Source of the DNA: Intoshia linei
Lineage: Eukaryota; Animalia; Orthonectida
Direction of reading: 5' to 3'
DNA length: 64,000 nt
NCBI GenBank assembly: GCA_001642005.1
Contig: LWCA01000017.1
Span: 1-64,000, forward strand
Shown here: in pieces, positions 24,101-38,100 of the stretch
Layout: each line of letters opens with the position of its first letter
Numbering within the stretch: position 1 is the stretch's first letter
Made by a program: the position numbers and the translations under genes
The notes under the pieces: generated by a model
What the model was told of the DNA's origin: nothing
The model's database searches: none
Seen by the model: only the letters and a program-made list of their open reading frames with translations

Positions 24101-27100
24101 GTCTAGACCAGCGCTACATTATTATTTAAAAAATCCTACTTTTATTCCACCATTAATAAAAAATAGCATTTTAAGCCCTTTGTTTAAAAATCTCCTTTAT
24201 CCAATATTTTTTGAAAAATTCAATTTTACCAAACCTTACGAGAAAAAACTCTCAATCCAACCCTAAATAAAAAAAATCCATTTTTACAAAGAATTATGCG
24301 TTAATTTAAGGTCAAAGATACATTTCCGATATTTTTTTGAAAAATTCAATTTTACATATATTCTTACAAGAAAAAACTATTAATCAACCACATAATAAAA
24401 AACCAATTTTAGCAACCATGAAGGGTAAAATTCCTTTTTCTGATATTTTTTTGAACAACTCAAAAACATGATAAAACTAAATAAAAAAATGATTTAATTA
24501 TTACATTTATATCAGAACAATCATTTTTTTAATTGTAGGACTATTAATTATTTCAAATTTTTTGTTTTAATACAATAGTTTCGAATAAAAAAAAATGAAT
24601 TTTAAAGTATTTTTTGACCGTGAAGTCGTCACTAATTCAGATTGAATTTTTTTGTGTCTCTTAACAGGATACAACTGTACCATATGTACTTTTTTTTTTA
24701 AATTCTATAGCTGTTTTCATTTAAAAAAAAAATGGTAATGTGGGTTTTCTTCGTAAAAATTATTTTTTTTGAGTTTTCCATTTATGATAATGTTTATTTA
24801 ATGATGATGACTTATAAAACTATCCAGAATTTATGTTTAAAAAATTTTTAGGGCATGTTTTATTTTTAAAACAAAGGGTAATTTGGGGTTTTGACCATGA
24901 AGGTATGCGTTTCTGAGGCTGAGATTAACAGCAATGTTAATGATTTTAAAACGCGTTCCAGAATACTCCGTTTTTATTTTTATTACATTTAAGAGTATAT
25001 TTTTTATTAAATTTTTGGGTTGATTTTGGGTTGATTTTTGGTTGATTTTTGGCTCATTTTTTTTTAAATAAACATGCAAATTGGGTTTTTGACCCTGAAG
25101 GATTGAAATTCTGAAACTAAAAAATGAATAAAAACATGTCCTGGGAAAAACGTTATTAGATACTGAGTTTTTTAAATCCTGCGACTGTTAATTTTTCAAT
25201 AAATGGTTACACACACAGACATTTATTTTTATATAAGTGAAGGATTTGTATCTCAAAATCAGCAAATCAACCACCTTGCTCATAAATGATAAAAATTAAA
25301 GTATTATTATTAGTGATACTTAATCAAATCACCTGATTCCCACGTAAAGACCCGTAATCTGTATCGTCCTCGTTCACTATTAAATCGATACCATCCTTGA
25401 ACGGTTGCATTATGTAGGAATTTATATTATTTGAATATTCTTGATATTCTTCTGATAAAGTTTTGTACATAGACATTTCATACAGTAGCAACTGATCTTC
25501 CCTGTCTCTTAAACCAAATTCAAATAACTAGGTAGCAGATTTTATAGATTTTTTATCAAAATGAATATTATTAAAATTACTTTTAGTGTTTCAGGGTACA
25601 CATCACATCGAACATATTTTATGAGGTCTGCAAATGTAGCTATATCTGATTGTTGTAAGTTGATAAAATTCATGCTTTGATAAAACATTTTTTCGTTTTT
25701 TTTCTTTTTTTTCTATTAAATTCAGTTTATGAACATGATTACCTTTATATTATTAACTAATAAATTGATAAATTAAGTGTTTTATCTTAAACTGTGGCCA
25801 CTGGACACTGCAGTGGCATTTGTCAACTTCTCTGTCGTATGTAGTAATATTTATAGCACTGTAGGCTAGGTGTTAGTATATATCAATAGCTAATAGCTTA
25901 ACTAATTTTTCGAAAAAAATGAAGGATTTATGAGAAATTTATGAGATTTCCACTCATATCTCTTTATTGGAAATGTGTAGACGTTCAATGCAAATTTTTT
26001 TTGAAATTGTCAGAGGATTATTTTACTTTTTCATTTTTAATTTTAATCCAACAGTTGAAAAATATGGGTTGATAAAATAAAAATATTAAAAGTTATTTTT
26101 TACCCGGAATGTGTAGATTTCTGGGGTTGAAAATTTGTATTTATATCAACTGGAATAAGCTGCATCTGAATAATCTTTTTTTTATTTATAGGACCGTTAA
26201 TTATTTCAAATTGTTAGTTGTAATAAAATAGTTTCGAAATAAAAAAAATAAATACTAAAGTGCCTTTTTGACCATAAAGGCGTAATTTTGTCAGATTGAA
26301 TTTTTTGTGTGTTTGTTTACAAAATATAACACTATTATCTGTATTTTTTTTAGTAAATCTAGGATTATTTTCATTTTTAAAAAAAAAGGTAATTTGTGGT
26401 TTTGACCATGAAGGTGTGCGTTTCTGATGCTGAGATGTACGACAATGTTAATGATTTTAAAACGCATCCCAGAATTTATATTTTATTAAATTTTTGGACT
26501 GATTTTATTTTTAAACAAAATAGAAAATTGGGTTTTTAACCCTGACTAAATGACTAAATTCGGAAAATTTTTATAAAATTGGAATAATTTTTCCAAGTTA
26601 ATGATTAAAAAATTATGTGCATATCAAGATTGAACATCAACTATTTCTTTTGTTAAATTTAAAATATCAAGCAAAAGCCTTAGATTAGTGGTTTTAAAAC
26701 TTTTTCAACCATAGACCACTTGTCACAAAAAAAAATGTGTGTAGACCACATAATTTTTTTAAAAAATCCCCTTAAACCTGAACACGTCACTAAGGTAATA
26801 TTTTGATTTTTTTATTATATATTCCTCCTTAAATCAAAAATTTTACATTAATTTTGACAAGGTAGCTTCAATGGCGTAATTAAAAAAATTCTTAATTTCA
26901 AACATACTTATTGCGAACTACCAGTGCCGTATGCGAGATCCTTGCACCGAGGGATCTCGACGAAATTTTTTTAAAAATGGAGGCTTTAATTTATTAAATT
27001 GAGCATTAATAAAATTCTTGAATATGAACTAATTTGAGTGTTTAATTTAAAATGTCAACTCAAGAGTCTTAGAAAGGTGAATAGGGTTATATGACATTAT

Positions 27101-29300
27101 AATTCGTTTACAACATTTTTTCATGGGCTATTTTTCATTTTTGAAGTGGCAACGGGTTTGCTAGGTTCGATTACTAAACTACTAAACTACTACCAATCGA
27201 CGAAAACTACTACAGAACTAAGTTAAATCGTTGGATAGATTAAATTTAACGCATGTAAAAATTATTCACGTTATTCAGTAAATTTTCACTTTATTTTGAT
27301 TAAATGATGTTTACGTTCACTAATTAATAGTAAATAATATTATTTATAATAGTATTATTAATTAATTATTATTGTTAAAAAAGGTTATATTCATGTTATT
27401 TAATTTTTTTTATTATATAACATGTTATATATTATTTTTTCTTATAGACCACCTATAATTTCCTGTGGACCACTTTGGCAACCACTGCCTTAAATAGATG
27501 TGTAGGTCTATATCAAGAATTTTCAACGGTTGGCGAATCGTCCCTTGGGAATAATTTTCTAATCTAGGGAAAATTTTTCTATTTTAATTCACAAATACAT
27601 AATCTAATAAATTTTTTTAAGGTCAATAATTATTCTTCGTCATTAGATTAAAATGTTAAATTCCTTTCCTTAAATTTCATAGCTAAAATATCATACAAAT
27701 ATATCACAATTTTTACTTCATACAATTAACAAACACACAATTCATACAAATGTCGATCTTACAATTTGTTGGGGTTTATTTGTAATTATTGGTGGTCCTA
27801 AGCTTGGCACATGTAGGTTCGCCTCTGCATATGTTTAACATAACTTATAAGGGAATTATACATTGTATATCAATTTGAAATAGTTTATCCATACAAAATA
27901 TTCAATTTTCATATAATATTTAAATGAATCGCCCATGTTGAGAATCGCTATGTTAAATATTAATTATGTATCTTAGTATACTTAAGACATATAAAAGCTT
28001 TTAAAATGTAGTATAATTTGCGATATAAATTAAATTCATGAATTCATGAATAATTTAATAATAAATAAATGAATACATAAATAATAGTTAATTACTATTT
28101 ATTTTACCTCGTTATATGTCAAAAACTTTGCCACTTTTTTTTGGTTGCTTGTAAATTCTTTCATGTTCTAAAATTTTCAAAATGAATATCTATAAATTTA
28201 GAAATTAGTGATACCTGCATGATTTTATCGCCATATTTGAAAACGTAATTATTTATTTCAATATATGCGCTTTTCGTCTAAATTCAATTAAAAGTACATC
28301 AATTAAATATAATTAATTATTTGAAGCGTCTCTACATTATACAGTTTTTTTACATTGTATTAACTTGGAAAACTTTTGGACCTAGTTCAGAATCTACCAT
28401 ACCGAGATTCTCTCTAAGGGATTCAAAAAAATTTTAGTAAAATTGTCACCCATTTTAGAGGCTACTTTCGCTACATTTCCAGTCAAACTACACCAGTAAA
28501 TATGTAAAATAAATTTGTATGTATTGAATTAAAAAAATGAAATTAGTGCGTTAGTTGAATCATACCAAAAGAATTAGAAAAAACCCTACAATATCACATT
28601 TCAATGTCAAACTTGAAAAAAATTTTTTTAAAAAGTTACATGCTTGATGATTTGATTACACATGTTGACACAATTTGATGATAATGGAATCATGCGATTT
28701 GTATAATGATTAAATATTTCCATTTCATTGGTTTTATTGCGATTGACAATTTCCAGCATTTTATGTATTTCTGAATCTTTCTTTACCGAACTAAATAATA
28801 AAAAAGTTGTATAAATTATTTATTAAATTTTTAAGTTAATTTCAAATTTACCAATCTTTAATTTTCATTTTAAATTTATCATGGATTTTTTTGAGGATTT
28901 TGCTATTATTCCCATGAACTTTGGCTAAATCTTTAAAGAGTTCATTACACATGAGATTATTATTGAGTTTTTCGGTATAACGCGTCTCAATATTACGAAC
29001 AATATTGTAGAATTGTCCTCTTGGAACTAAATACATGTAAAACATCAAGATTTGTTTTACTCCGTGTCTGATTTTTGTTCATATTTAAATATGCGACTAA
29101 AAACTAATATTTTGAATAGATATCAACGATTTGCGGTTCACCTGTAGATTCTATAAACTAAAATTATTTTACTTATAGTCAATATTTGAAGTAATCTATT
29201 TATTTTGTTACATCCAGTATTTGCTAATTTTTCTGTATGCGGTTATTTTTTGCAGGATATTTCCATTCTGTATTTGAATACATTTAAAGTTTAGTTTCAT
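21153..29300 (-). CDS. RhoGAP protein with a helical (probably F-BAR) N-terminus and an acidic tail; srGAP/ARHGAP4-like
   Basis: RhoGAP motifs across exons 22108-22883: VDIPQFVIICCDFIAK|DTNAVGIFRHSGS (Arg finger), IHNVTSALKKFIKSL, NSHKNKMDAANLSLI. In-phase upstream exons lie at ~22922-23049, 23266-23374, 23430-23601, 23834-23935, 25333-25712 and 28088-29068; the last exon includes ORF 21153-21875. The start codon is unresolved and the F-BAR call is an inference. Confidence 0.75.
24500..25243 (-). mobile_element. Non-autonomous Helitron in a RhoGAP intron
   Basis: Reverse-complement 5' end a|TCcttcacttatata at ~25243; family body; internal ~11-bp tandem ttgattttggg at ~25013-25055. Confidence 0.65.
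25900..26545 (-). mobile_element. Helitron internal fragment
   Basis: Collinear with the reverse complement of 34400-34960. Confidence 0.65.
26686..27487. mobile_element. hAT/Buster non-autonomous element
   Basis: Ends tagtggttttaaaac / tttggcaaccactg; TSD cctTAgat / cctTAaat; subterminal gaccac repeats. Confidence 0.7.
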
Positions 29301-29932
29301 CTTCAAAAAAACGCTTTAAAGAGTTACATTAACATTAGTTTTATGTATAAAATAAATTAGTTTAGTTATCGTTCTAAATATATAAGAAATGTTTTCAAAT
29401 TGATCTACATTAAAAAATAAACCAAATAATGATGAAAATTAAACAAATTAAAAATACATTATTCAGACAACATTTAAGTAAGCTATAGTGACTTGCAATT
29501 GAGATTTAGAGCATTTTTCAGTTAGAGGTATTTTTGTATTTAAATATAAAAAGGGTTTAGAGTAGGGTCTTCAATGGGGCGGTATCGCCCCTGGGCCATT
29601 TATCGGAATTATCAAAATCTTTCAAAAAGCAATGTGATATTTTTACGAATACTGTGAAAATATCAGATAGAGCTCAGCAGGCCAGTTATCTAGTTGTTCA
29701 AATAGTGACCAAAAATAAAAAACCACTCAACAGCAGAAAATATTATTATAGAATCTGAAATATATACATCAACATTCCAGCGAAAAACTGTACTAGAAAA
29801 TGGGTTTTTTTAATTCTAAAGCTGTTATTTTTATTTGTGTGTCACGAAAATTTTTGAGATTGAAATGCGTGTCGCGAACCAAAAATTGTTGGAAAGCACT
29901 GCCTTATACACTACAAGCCATATCATCAAAAT

Positions 29933-30297
29933 CTTTATTTTTTAATTTCTTTTTAATGAAAACAGCCCTAGAATTTAAACAAATTTACAGGTGGTTAGTT
30001 GTATCCTGTTAACACACACGTTGAATTTCAATCTCTAAGTGACGCCTTTACGGTCAAAAAAGCATTTTAGTATTTATATATTTTTTTTCCAAATATTTTA
30101 TTAAAACAAAAAATGTGAAACAATTAACGGTCCGAGAATTAAAAAAAAATTATTCTGATAGAGCTTATTCCAGTTGATATAAATATAAAAGTTCAACCCG
30201 ACAAATCTACGCATTCCCGATGAAAAATAATTTTTAATATATTATCAACCAATATTTTTCAAATATTTCGATTAAAATAAAAATGTAAATATTGATC
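29933..30297 (+). mobile_element. Helitron internal fragment ending at the assembly gap N30298
   Basis: Family body; the first 158 bp are identical to the reverse complement of 59201-59358. Confidence 0.75.
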
Positions 30298-31285
30298 NAT
30301 GTTTAACATTATTCTTTATTTACTATTCTAAACGTCCTTGAAAGATTACAAAGTCTTAGAAATATTTAATTGTTAATTAAAGATTTATAATATTCTTCAA
30401 AACTTTACAAAGTATAAGATATAATTTTATTTTTTCTGGAATTTATGCTATTTATCACAATTTTTAGGATTGGACTGTTTTTAGTTTATTTTTAGATGTT
30501 AACAAACAAAAAATTAAGATGGAATAATTCACTTTAAAGTAAAAAGTAATGTGATATGATGGTTCCACCTGACACAAATTTGGGAACCACTTTAAAAGAT
30601 TGATAATAGTGAATAGTAAGATTTTTAAATTAGATTTTCAACGTGAATTTATTTTTTAAGTATAATAAAAATGTGCCCTCGGAAGAGCTAGGTCCTGTTT
30701 GCATGTAGTACATAGCAGTCAACCTGGTGTATTATAAAATTATAGGACTATCTTAATTTTTACAAAAAAGGGTAATTTGTGATTTTGATTAAATAAACAT
30801 ACATACATTTTTAATTATTTTACTTTACATAACAACATAAGTAATTTACTGTCTTTAAATCATTTACATCTACATTACTGTATTTATATAACTTTAATCA
30901 TTATTACCTAATATTTATTGATATGCATTTTTACTAGTCAAGTTATGAAACAAAATATTTATGTACTTTACTATATTGATATTTTGTCTTTCATGTAGCA
31001 AATTCTATAAAAATTCAAATATACCAGGAAACTATAAATTGCATTATTTATTTTAAATTTAATAAACATTTGATAAGTGCTCAATCAAAAACACATTGAA
31101 ACATTTATTATAATTAACATTGCCATTGGAATGCGTGAACGATTATCAAAAAATCTTTAAAATTTTCGTAAATATAAAAAAGACCCTAAACCAATAACGA
31201 AACACAACCACATGAAATAAAAAATGATAAAAACAGTCTACTGTATATTAATATTTATTTCTAACAAAAGTTGTATATATGCAAG

Positions 31286-31889
31286 TTATTCGTGTGCTTT
31301 GTCATATGATTTGTCTCCTTTGTAATTTCCAACGTAGCCGGTATCATCTACAACATTTTCCCTGCCTTCTATACCTTTACCCTTTCCATCTAAAAATTGA
31401 TACAAGACATTTTAACATTAAACCTTTATCAAATCGTTCTTTATGCGCTCCAGTATAATTATTTGTGTCAGTCATTCTTTTAGTAATACCAGAATTTGTT
31501 TGTTTCTTAGTATGACATGAATAAATATACTAAATATAACTTACTGTTCCCTTCAATTGCTTTGTAGCTCCAGTCAACTTTTCAGACATTTTTGAAACAG
31601 CATCTTCTATGGAAATTTTTTTATCCTTTGCATAATTTTTCGCCATTTCCTCTACAACACATTTAAATTCTTTAAAATTAATGGTTCTAAATTAAATTTA
31701 AGAAAAGAAATTTAAAAAATGAAACTTTTTCTTTTTATCTTTACACTTTGAAAATGCTATATCTAGCGAATTTGATGAACAGGAAGGCTTAGTAAAGCAC
31801 TTTGCATCAGTAAACCATTTGTTTATATCCTTTGTTGTGGCTTCAGTACCCTTTGAACAAAAACTGTTGAATGTTTCTTCAAAAGACAT
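31286..31889 (-). CDS. TPPP: Tubulin polymerization-promoting protein (p25-alpha domain), 4 exons
   Basis: [19 protein letters not shown]|[15 protein letters not shown]...|[18 protein letters not shown]|[28 protein letters not shown] contains the TPPP signature GxGxGxxGR. Confidence 0.95.
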
Positions 31890-32115
31890 AATATTTTAAA
31901 AAATGAATAAATTTCAAAAATGTTTTTCAAGAATGCGTCTGAACTCATTGTAGTCAAAACAAAACCATACACTAACTCAATTCAGGTTTATTAGACATTA
32001 AAAAAATCAACCTATCGATAAATATGTTTATATATATTAACTGCATATTTTAAATTTTTACGATTAATTATATTTTCACTTTGATAAATTGAATTTATTG
32101 AAATAATTAAAATAT

Positions 32116-35100
32116 TTATTGATTTAAAATTTCTGAAGGATTTCTAATGCTAAACTTTTTTTGTCCCATTTTATCTATCCATAAATAATTTGATTTAATT
32201 ATTTTTAAACTATCTTCGTATTCCACGTAGTCATCATAATTTTTTGGTCCATATGTTGATTTTACTACCAAGACCTAAATTTTAATAATAGAAAATTAAT
32301 CAAAATAATTAGCAAGTTTTTCCATTGCCATTTAGTTATTTGTGCACAGAATTCTAACACAATCTCTGTTCTACAAATTAAATTTTTAAACTAATGTAGT
32401 GCACACAATTTATTTTATTTAATATTATGTTGATTGAGTCTAATTCTTACTTATATAAAATTGAATGTTTGTGTGTTACCGTTTATTTATAAAATTAACA
32501 GTCATAATTTAAAAATCCTGAATTTCCTGATATAATTTTGAGATTTATTTCAATGTTGGTAACATTGCTTCACCCGAAATAATTGATAGAGGAAAAAGGG
32601 TGTCTACTTAAATCCAACATATCTAAAATCCAACCATTTTTACTAAAAATCCAATTTTACCGAATTGCAGAGTATTCCATAAAAACCCTATAAACTCCCC
32701 TTAACTGTAGGTAAAAGTGGAATTTTTCCCAAAGGGCTAGTAAAATTGGTTGGATTTTAAATATTTATGATATTAAAAATTTTATTTATTTCAGAATTCA
32801 TGTTATTTACGATGATTAAATTATCCCTCGGGAAAGCTAGCTGACTGTTTGTACGAAGTAGTTAACAGTCAACTAGTATATTAATAATAAGGACTTGCAT
32901 TAAATAATTTTTGATTCCTGTTATATTTGTAGTGTAGTATGATGTATATGCCATAAATTATTGGTATAAACAAAACGATATTGGCTACAACTATTCCAGT
33001 TATTTGAACATTATTATTTAGTGCAATATCAGATATAGTCGTGTAAAAGGCTCCAATTAAAAGTATCTACTTTAATATTATTAAAAATTATCAAAAATTG
33101 TTTGGTTCTACCAGCAACGTTAAAGGTGTGAGAAACATCCACATTATGGTCCATATTATGTTTAATTTGGATTGAAGCATTAATTCAATGTCTGCAACAA
33201 ATCTTTTTATACCTAAAAAGCAGATTCAACAAAATATAAAATTAATCAAAAGTAGTTGTCATGCACCGGTGGGAGTTGGGGCTTGCAATCTAAATGTTAT
33301 TTATTTAAATGTTAATGAATGAAATATGGTTTAAGACTTAAATTCAAGAGTTAGAGGTAACTCTCATACATGTATTCGTGATGGTTATCTTTGCTCATTT
33401 TACGTTAACTTAATGTACGTATTTTCGAATTTCTGTACCATAAATGTACGCTACAGCAATCGTTTCACAAAGAGAAAAAAATATCATGGTAAATACAACG
33501 ACATAATCGTTCAACATAAGTATTATGTAGTAGCCTGCCTAAATTTATCATTAAAAGTTTATTTAATTGTCATTACATCTGTAACGCAAATTATTCCGCA
33601 ACAAAAAAATAAAAAGCATAGAGTAAAATTCAACAGTATATTAAATCGTCGTAATTTTGGAAATTGATCCAGTAAACTGCACGTTACAGTTTGAAGCATG
33701 GCAAACTAAAATTTACACTATTATTTATTATTTATGAATAATAATATAATAAGTACAATGTACTTATAATATATATACTTATAGTACTTATAGTATATAA
33801 GTCTTATATACATAAACAGTATATAAAAATAATATACTTGCGAATCCATTCCAATTAATAATATAGTAAAGAAAAACATGACAGACCATAATTGAGGTAT
33901 TTGCAGTTGAGACATTACAGCCGGAAATGCAATAAATATTAATCCAATTCCTGTATATGAATATATCATAATTTGAATAATTATTATTAATAATACTAAA
34001 CGTACCACTCTCGTTATCCACAATATGTATATCACTTCCAAGGTCATTGGCTAAATTACCCAACATTGCAAAAACTGATAATCCAAAAAATACACTAGAT
34101 ATACTAGTTACCAAAGGTACGATGATTGAATCCCTAAAAATAAAAATGTTCATTGAGAATTTAAACTTATACCGACTTAAATTATTATGAAATTTATTGT
34201 AACTAGAATATGTTATTACTGCACCTAAAAAATAAAATACATATAAACCAGAGGTGGCCAAATTATGGCCTGAAATGGTTATCTAACAAAATGCACTAAA
34301 TGTTTGACATTTCCGACACGTATAATAAGATAAATTTCAACCTTCAATTTCACATCTTAAGGGTCAAAAACCCCAGTTGTCCCCTCTTTTTGAAAATCAA
34401 ACCAGTTGGAGAATTTAAAAAAATATATCTTCAGGGCTAAAACCCCAAATTACCCTTTTTTTAATGAAAAGAGCCCTAGAATTTAGAAAAATTTACAGGT
34501 GGTACAGTTGTATCCTGTTAATACACACAAAAAATTTCAATCTGAATAAGTAACGTCTTCACGGTCAAAAAAGCATTTTAGTATTCATATATTTTTTTCT
34601 GAAATATTTTATTAAAACAAAAAATGTGAATAATTTAAAAAAAAGATTATTCTGATAGAACTTATTCCAGTTAATATAACTACGAAATTTCAACCCCAGC
34701 AATCTACGCATTCCCGGTGAAAAATAATTTTTAATATATTATCAACCAATATTTTTCAAATATTTCGAATTAAAATAAAAATGTAAATATTGATCGCTAC
34801 AATTTCAAAAAAAATGTGCATTGAACGACTACACATTTCCAATAAAGACCTACAATTTCAAAAAAAATGTGCATTGAATATCTACACATTTCCCATAAAG
34901 AAATATGGGTGAAAATCTATATAATTCATTCCTTCTGATTTTTTTTCATTGCTACGCAATTTTTAAATTTGAAATTCTCATTTTTAAGTTACATTTTCAA
35001 CGTGAATTTATTTTTTTAATATAATAAAAATGTGCCCTCGACAGAGCTAGGTGCTGTTTGTACGTAGTACATTACAGTCAACCTAGTATATAATATTTTA

Positions 35101-38100
35101 TTACCGTAATTTATCCTTTCAGATCTGTTTTTAGCTGTATCGTTTGCCAATTTGCACAAAATCAACGTAGCAGCATTTATTCTTTCCTCCAATGTACCTA
35201 AAAAATCAAAAATTGAAAAAATATCATCATCTACCTAATAAAGTCAAAATTTTTTCAGGTAAAAAATCTGAATCTTTGCGACTAATACTTATTTCAGCTC
35301 CACTTATTTCTTTGATACGTAAAACAGACTCACCTTTCGAGCCAATAATTAGACCAGCGGTATGATTTGGAATAAGTATTTTAAGCTATCAATTCAAGTT
35401 AATATACAAACAATAAATATTTAAATGAATAATCTTGCATTACCGTTTTACTTCTACCAATAAATTCTTGAGAATTATTGACTAATCCGGATCTTTCTTC
35501 GATAATTTTGCAAATATTGGTGACTGCACTGATAATGAATTGAACATTTCCAAAAAGTAGCATGTATCTTTCATTTTCACCTATAATGTAATATTTTTCG
35601 AATTTATTTTAATTTTGATATAAATGTTAAACCTGGAAACAAGTCTTTGTTTCTCGACATTTCCAAATGGATATTGTAATCTTTCTGCATTTGTGTTATA
35701 ACATCCCCACCCTTTCCAATAATCGCTCCAGCAGCAAAATGAGGTATTAAAATTTTCATGGAGAACTCTATAAATAATTTATACTGTTGATAGTGTTTCT
35801 TACTTTTCGACATATTGTCCAAATCATTTGGTTTATTTTATTTACTCATTTTTTAATTTTGAAATTTTACTTTCAAATGTTGATATAAAGCTCCAATTGC
35901 AACTAAATTTTACAAAAATGATTATTTATAAATAATTTTTTAGAAAAAATTTCATTATCAAAACATTTATATAGATTTACTATATTGTGAGAAATTTGTT
36001 TATCTAACAAAAATTTATTATTTTAATCGATATCATTTATTATGCAAACTTAATACAATATAAATACAATACAATGAAATGTTAACAATTTACAAATCTT
36101 TTTCAAACTACAAAATATGTAGGTTAACCATATTGGACCAAGAAAATTTTGAATTTTTTGAAATATACTCATATAGAGAAGTTTCTATCAGTGGTTCTTA
36201 AACTTAAAACTCCACGGTCTCATTTTTCAACTAAAATTTTTGTATAAAGTTATACTTTGAGTTCTAGACTGTAAAGATGCACATTTTATAATTTTAATGG
36301 TTTCGAGGGCACCAAATTTATCATGTATTCATATAAAATTGAATGTGTTTGCGTGTACTTTTTAATTAAAAAATTAACCATCTAGAATTAAAAAGTCCAA
36401 TTTTAATAGTTTTTCGAGAGTGATGTAAATTATCATTCTCAAACCTTAACCGTTCAGAGTAAAAAACCTAATTTACCCCGTTTTTTTATGTAAAAAGTCC
36501 TAGAATTTTAAAAACCATCAATTCTGATCACTTCTTTAAATTATTTGTAATCTGCAAGTATTTATACTTGATATTGCAATAAATTTGATTGTAACAATTT
36601 AAGAAATATTTTTGGATAACAACTTATTATTTCATCGCGGGTATAAAAATGAAAACCCCTGATATACATCTGATTTAATGATTAAATATCTTAACATTTT
36701 CACCATTTTGTCAATTTGTTGGACAATTTTTTTAAAATGGGGCATCAATTTACTAATTGATAATTTAAAAATTTTTTGAATATCCTAACTTATATAATAT
36801 GCTACGCGATTATTGTTTGTGTGTGTGTTCCATGTTATTAAAATAACTACCAGTCTTAGAATTTTATAAAGTTCACATTTCAATTTTAGTTATTTCCGGG
36901 CGTATAATAATATAAATTTTACATATTTTTAAATAATAATAAATAAATTAATTAAATTAAATAAATTTTCCCAAACTCACATCTTACGGATCAAAAACCC
37001 CAATTGTCTCTCTTTTTGAAAATCAAACGAGTTGGAAAATTTAANATCTATATGATTCATTCCTTCTCAATTTTTTTCATTGCTAAGCAATTTTTCAATC
37101 TCAAATTCTCATTTTCAAAACATTTTGTTTAAAATTTAAATTAAAAGTACAACAACGAATAACTAATAGTAATACAAATTTGTTAATATCATTTTTATAT
37201 TTATTAAAATTCTTTGCAATATTGAATAATTATCATTTGGATATTGGAATAAACAATTTCATATTAATGTAAATACTAAATTTCACCGGAAATTGAAAAC
37301 ACGCCTACATTTTTTGTTGAGCTATAGAATATGTCAATATAATTGAATTTTATAATCATTGTGGCCCGCGAATTAATTAAACTAGTCACCACTGATATAA
37401 ACATTGTAATAATAGTTTATTAATACCCAGACCGGTTCCCAAATTAAATATCATTTGATGTGCGGCTGTAATCCATACCTAGAAATAAGATAAATGAAAA
37501 TTGAATGTACTCGCTATTTTAATTACTTTTATTTCCAATAATTTTGAAACATTTGGTATTATGAAATATTTGAGACCTTTAACAGCTCCAGGTAATAAAC
37601 CTGCTCTAATTGTAAATATCAAAAATATAACATATGGCAATGTAGCTGTAACTTGCATAATCTAATTTCCTTAATATTTTAACTGACAAATTAAATACAT
37701 ACAAATGTATATAAAAGGTAAACATACTTTTCCACTATATTGAACACCTTTAACCACACATATGAATGTTATAATCCAGACAAAAATGAGACATCCAAAT
37801 AGGTGCCAGCAGACAAAATTAATATCAAAAAGTCCAGTTGATTTATTCAGCACAATTTCTCTAAATTTTGTACCAATTTTATTATCATATACATGTGCTT
37901 ACGAATAAAATATTTTGCTGGCGTCGAAAAATGTGACATTATGATGCTTATTATTCATACCTTGAATTTTTTCAATTGACCACGGTAAAGTTGGGAAAAA
38001 TGAATATATGAAATAATAAAGCGCCCATGACATGATGACATTATAATAAATGCACAACATGGCTGAGGTTATTACCAATCCGTATCCAACACCTAATAAG

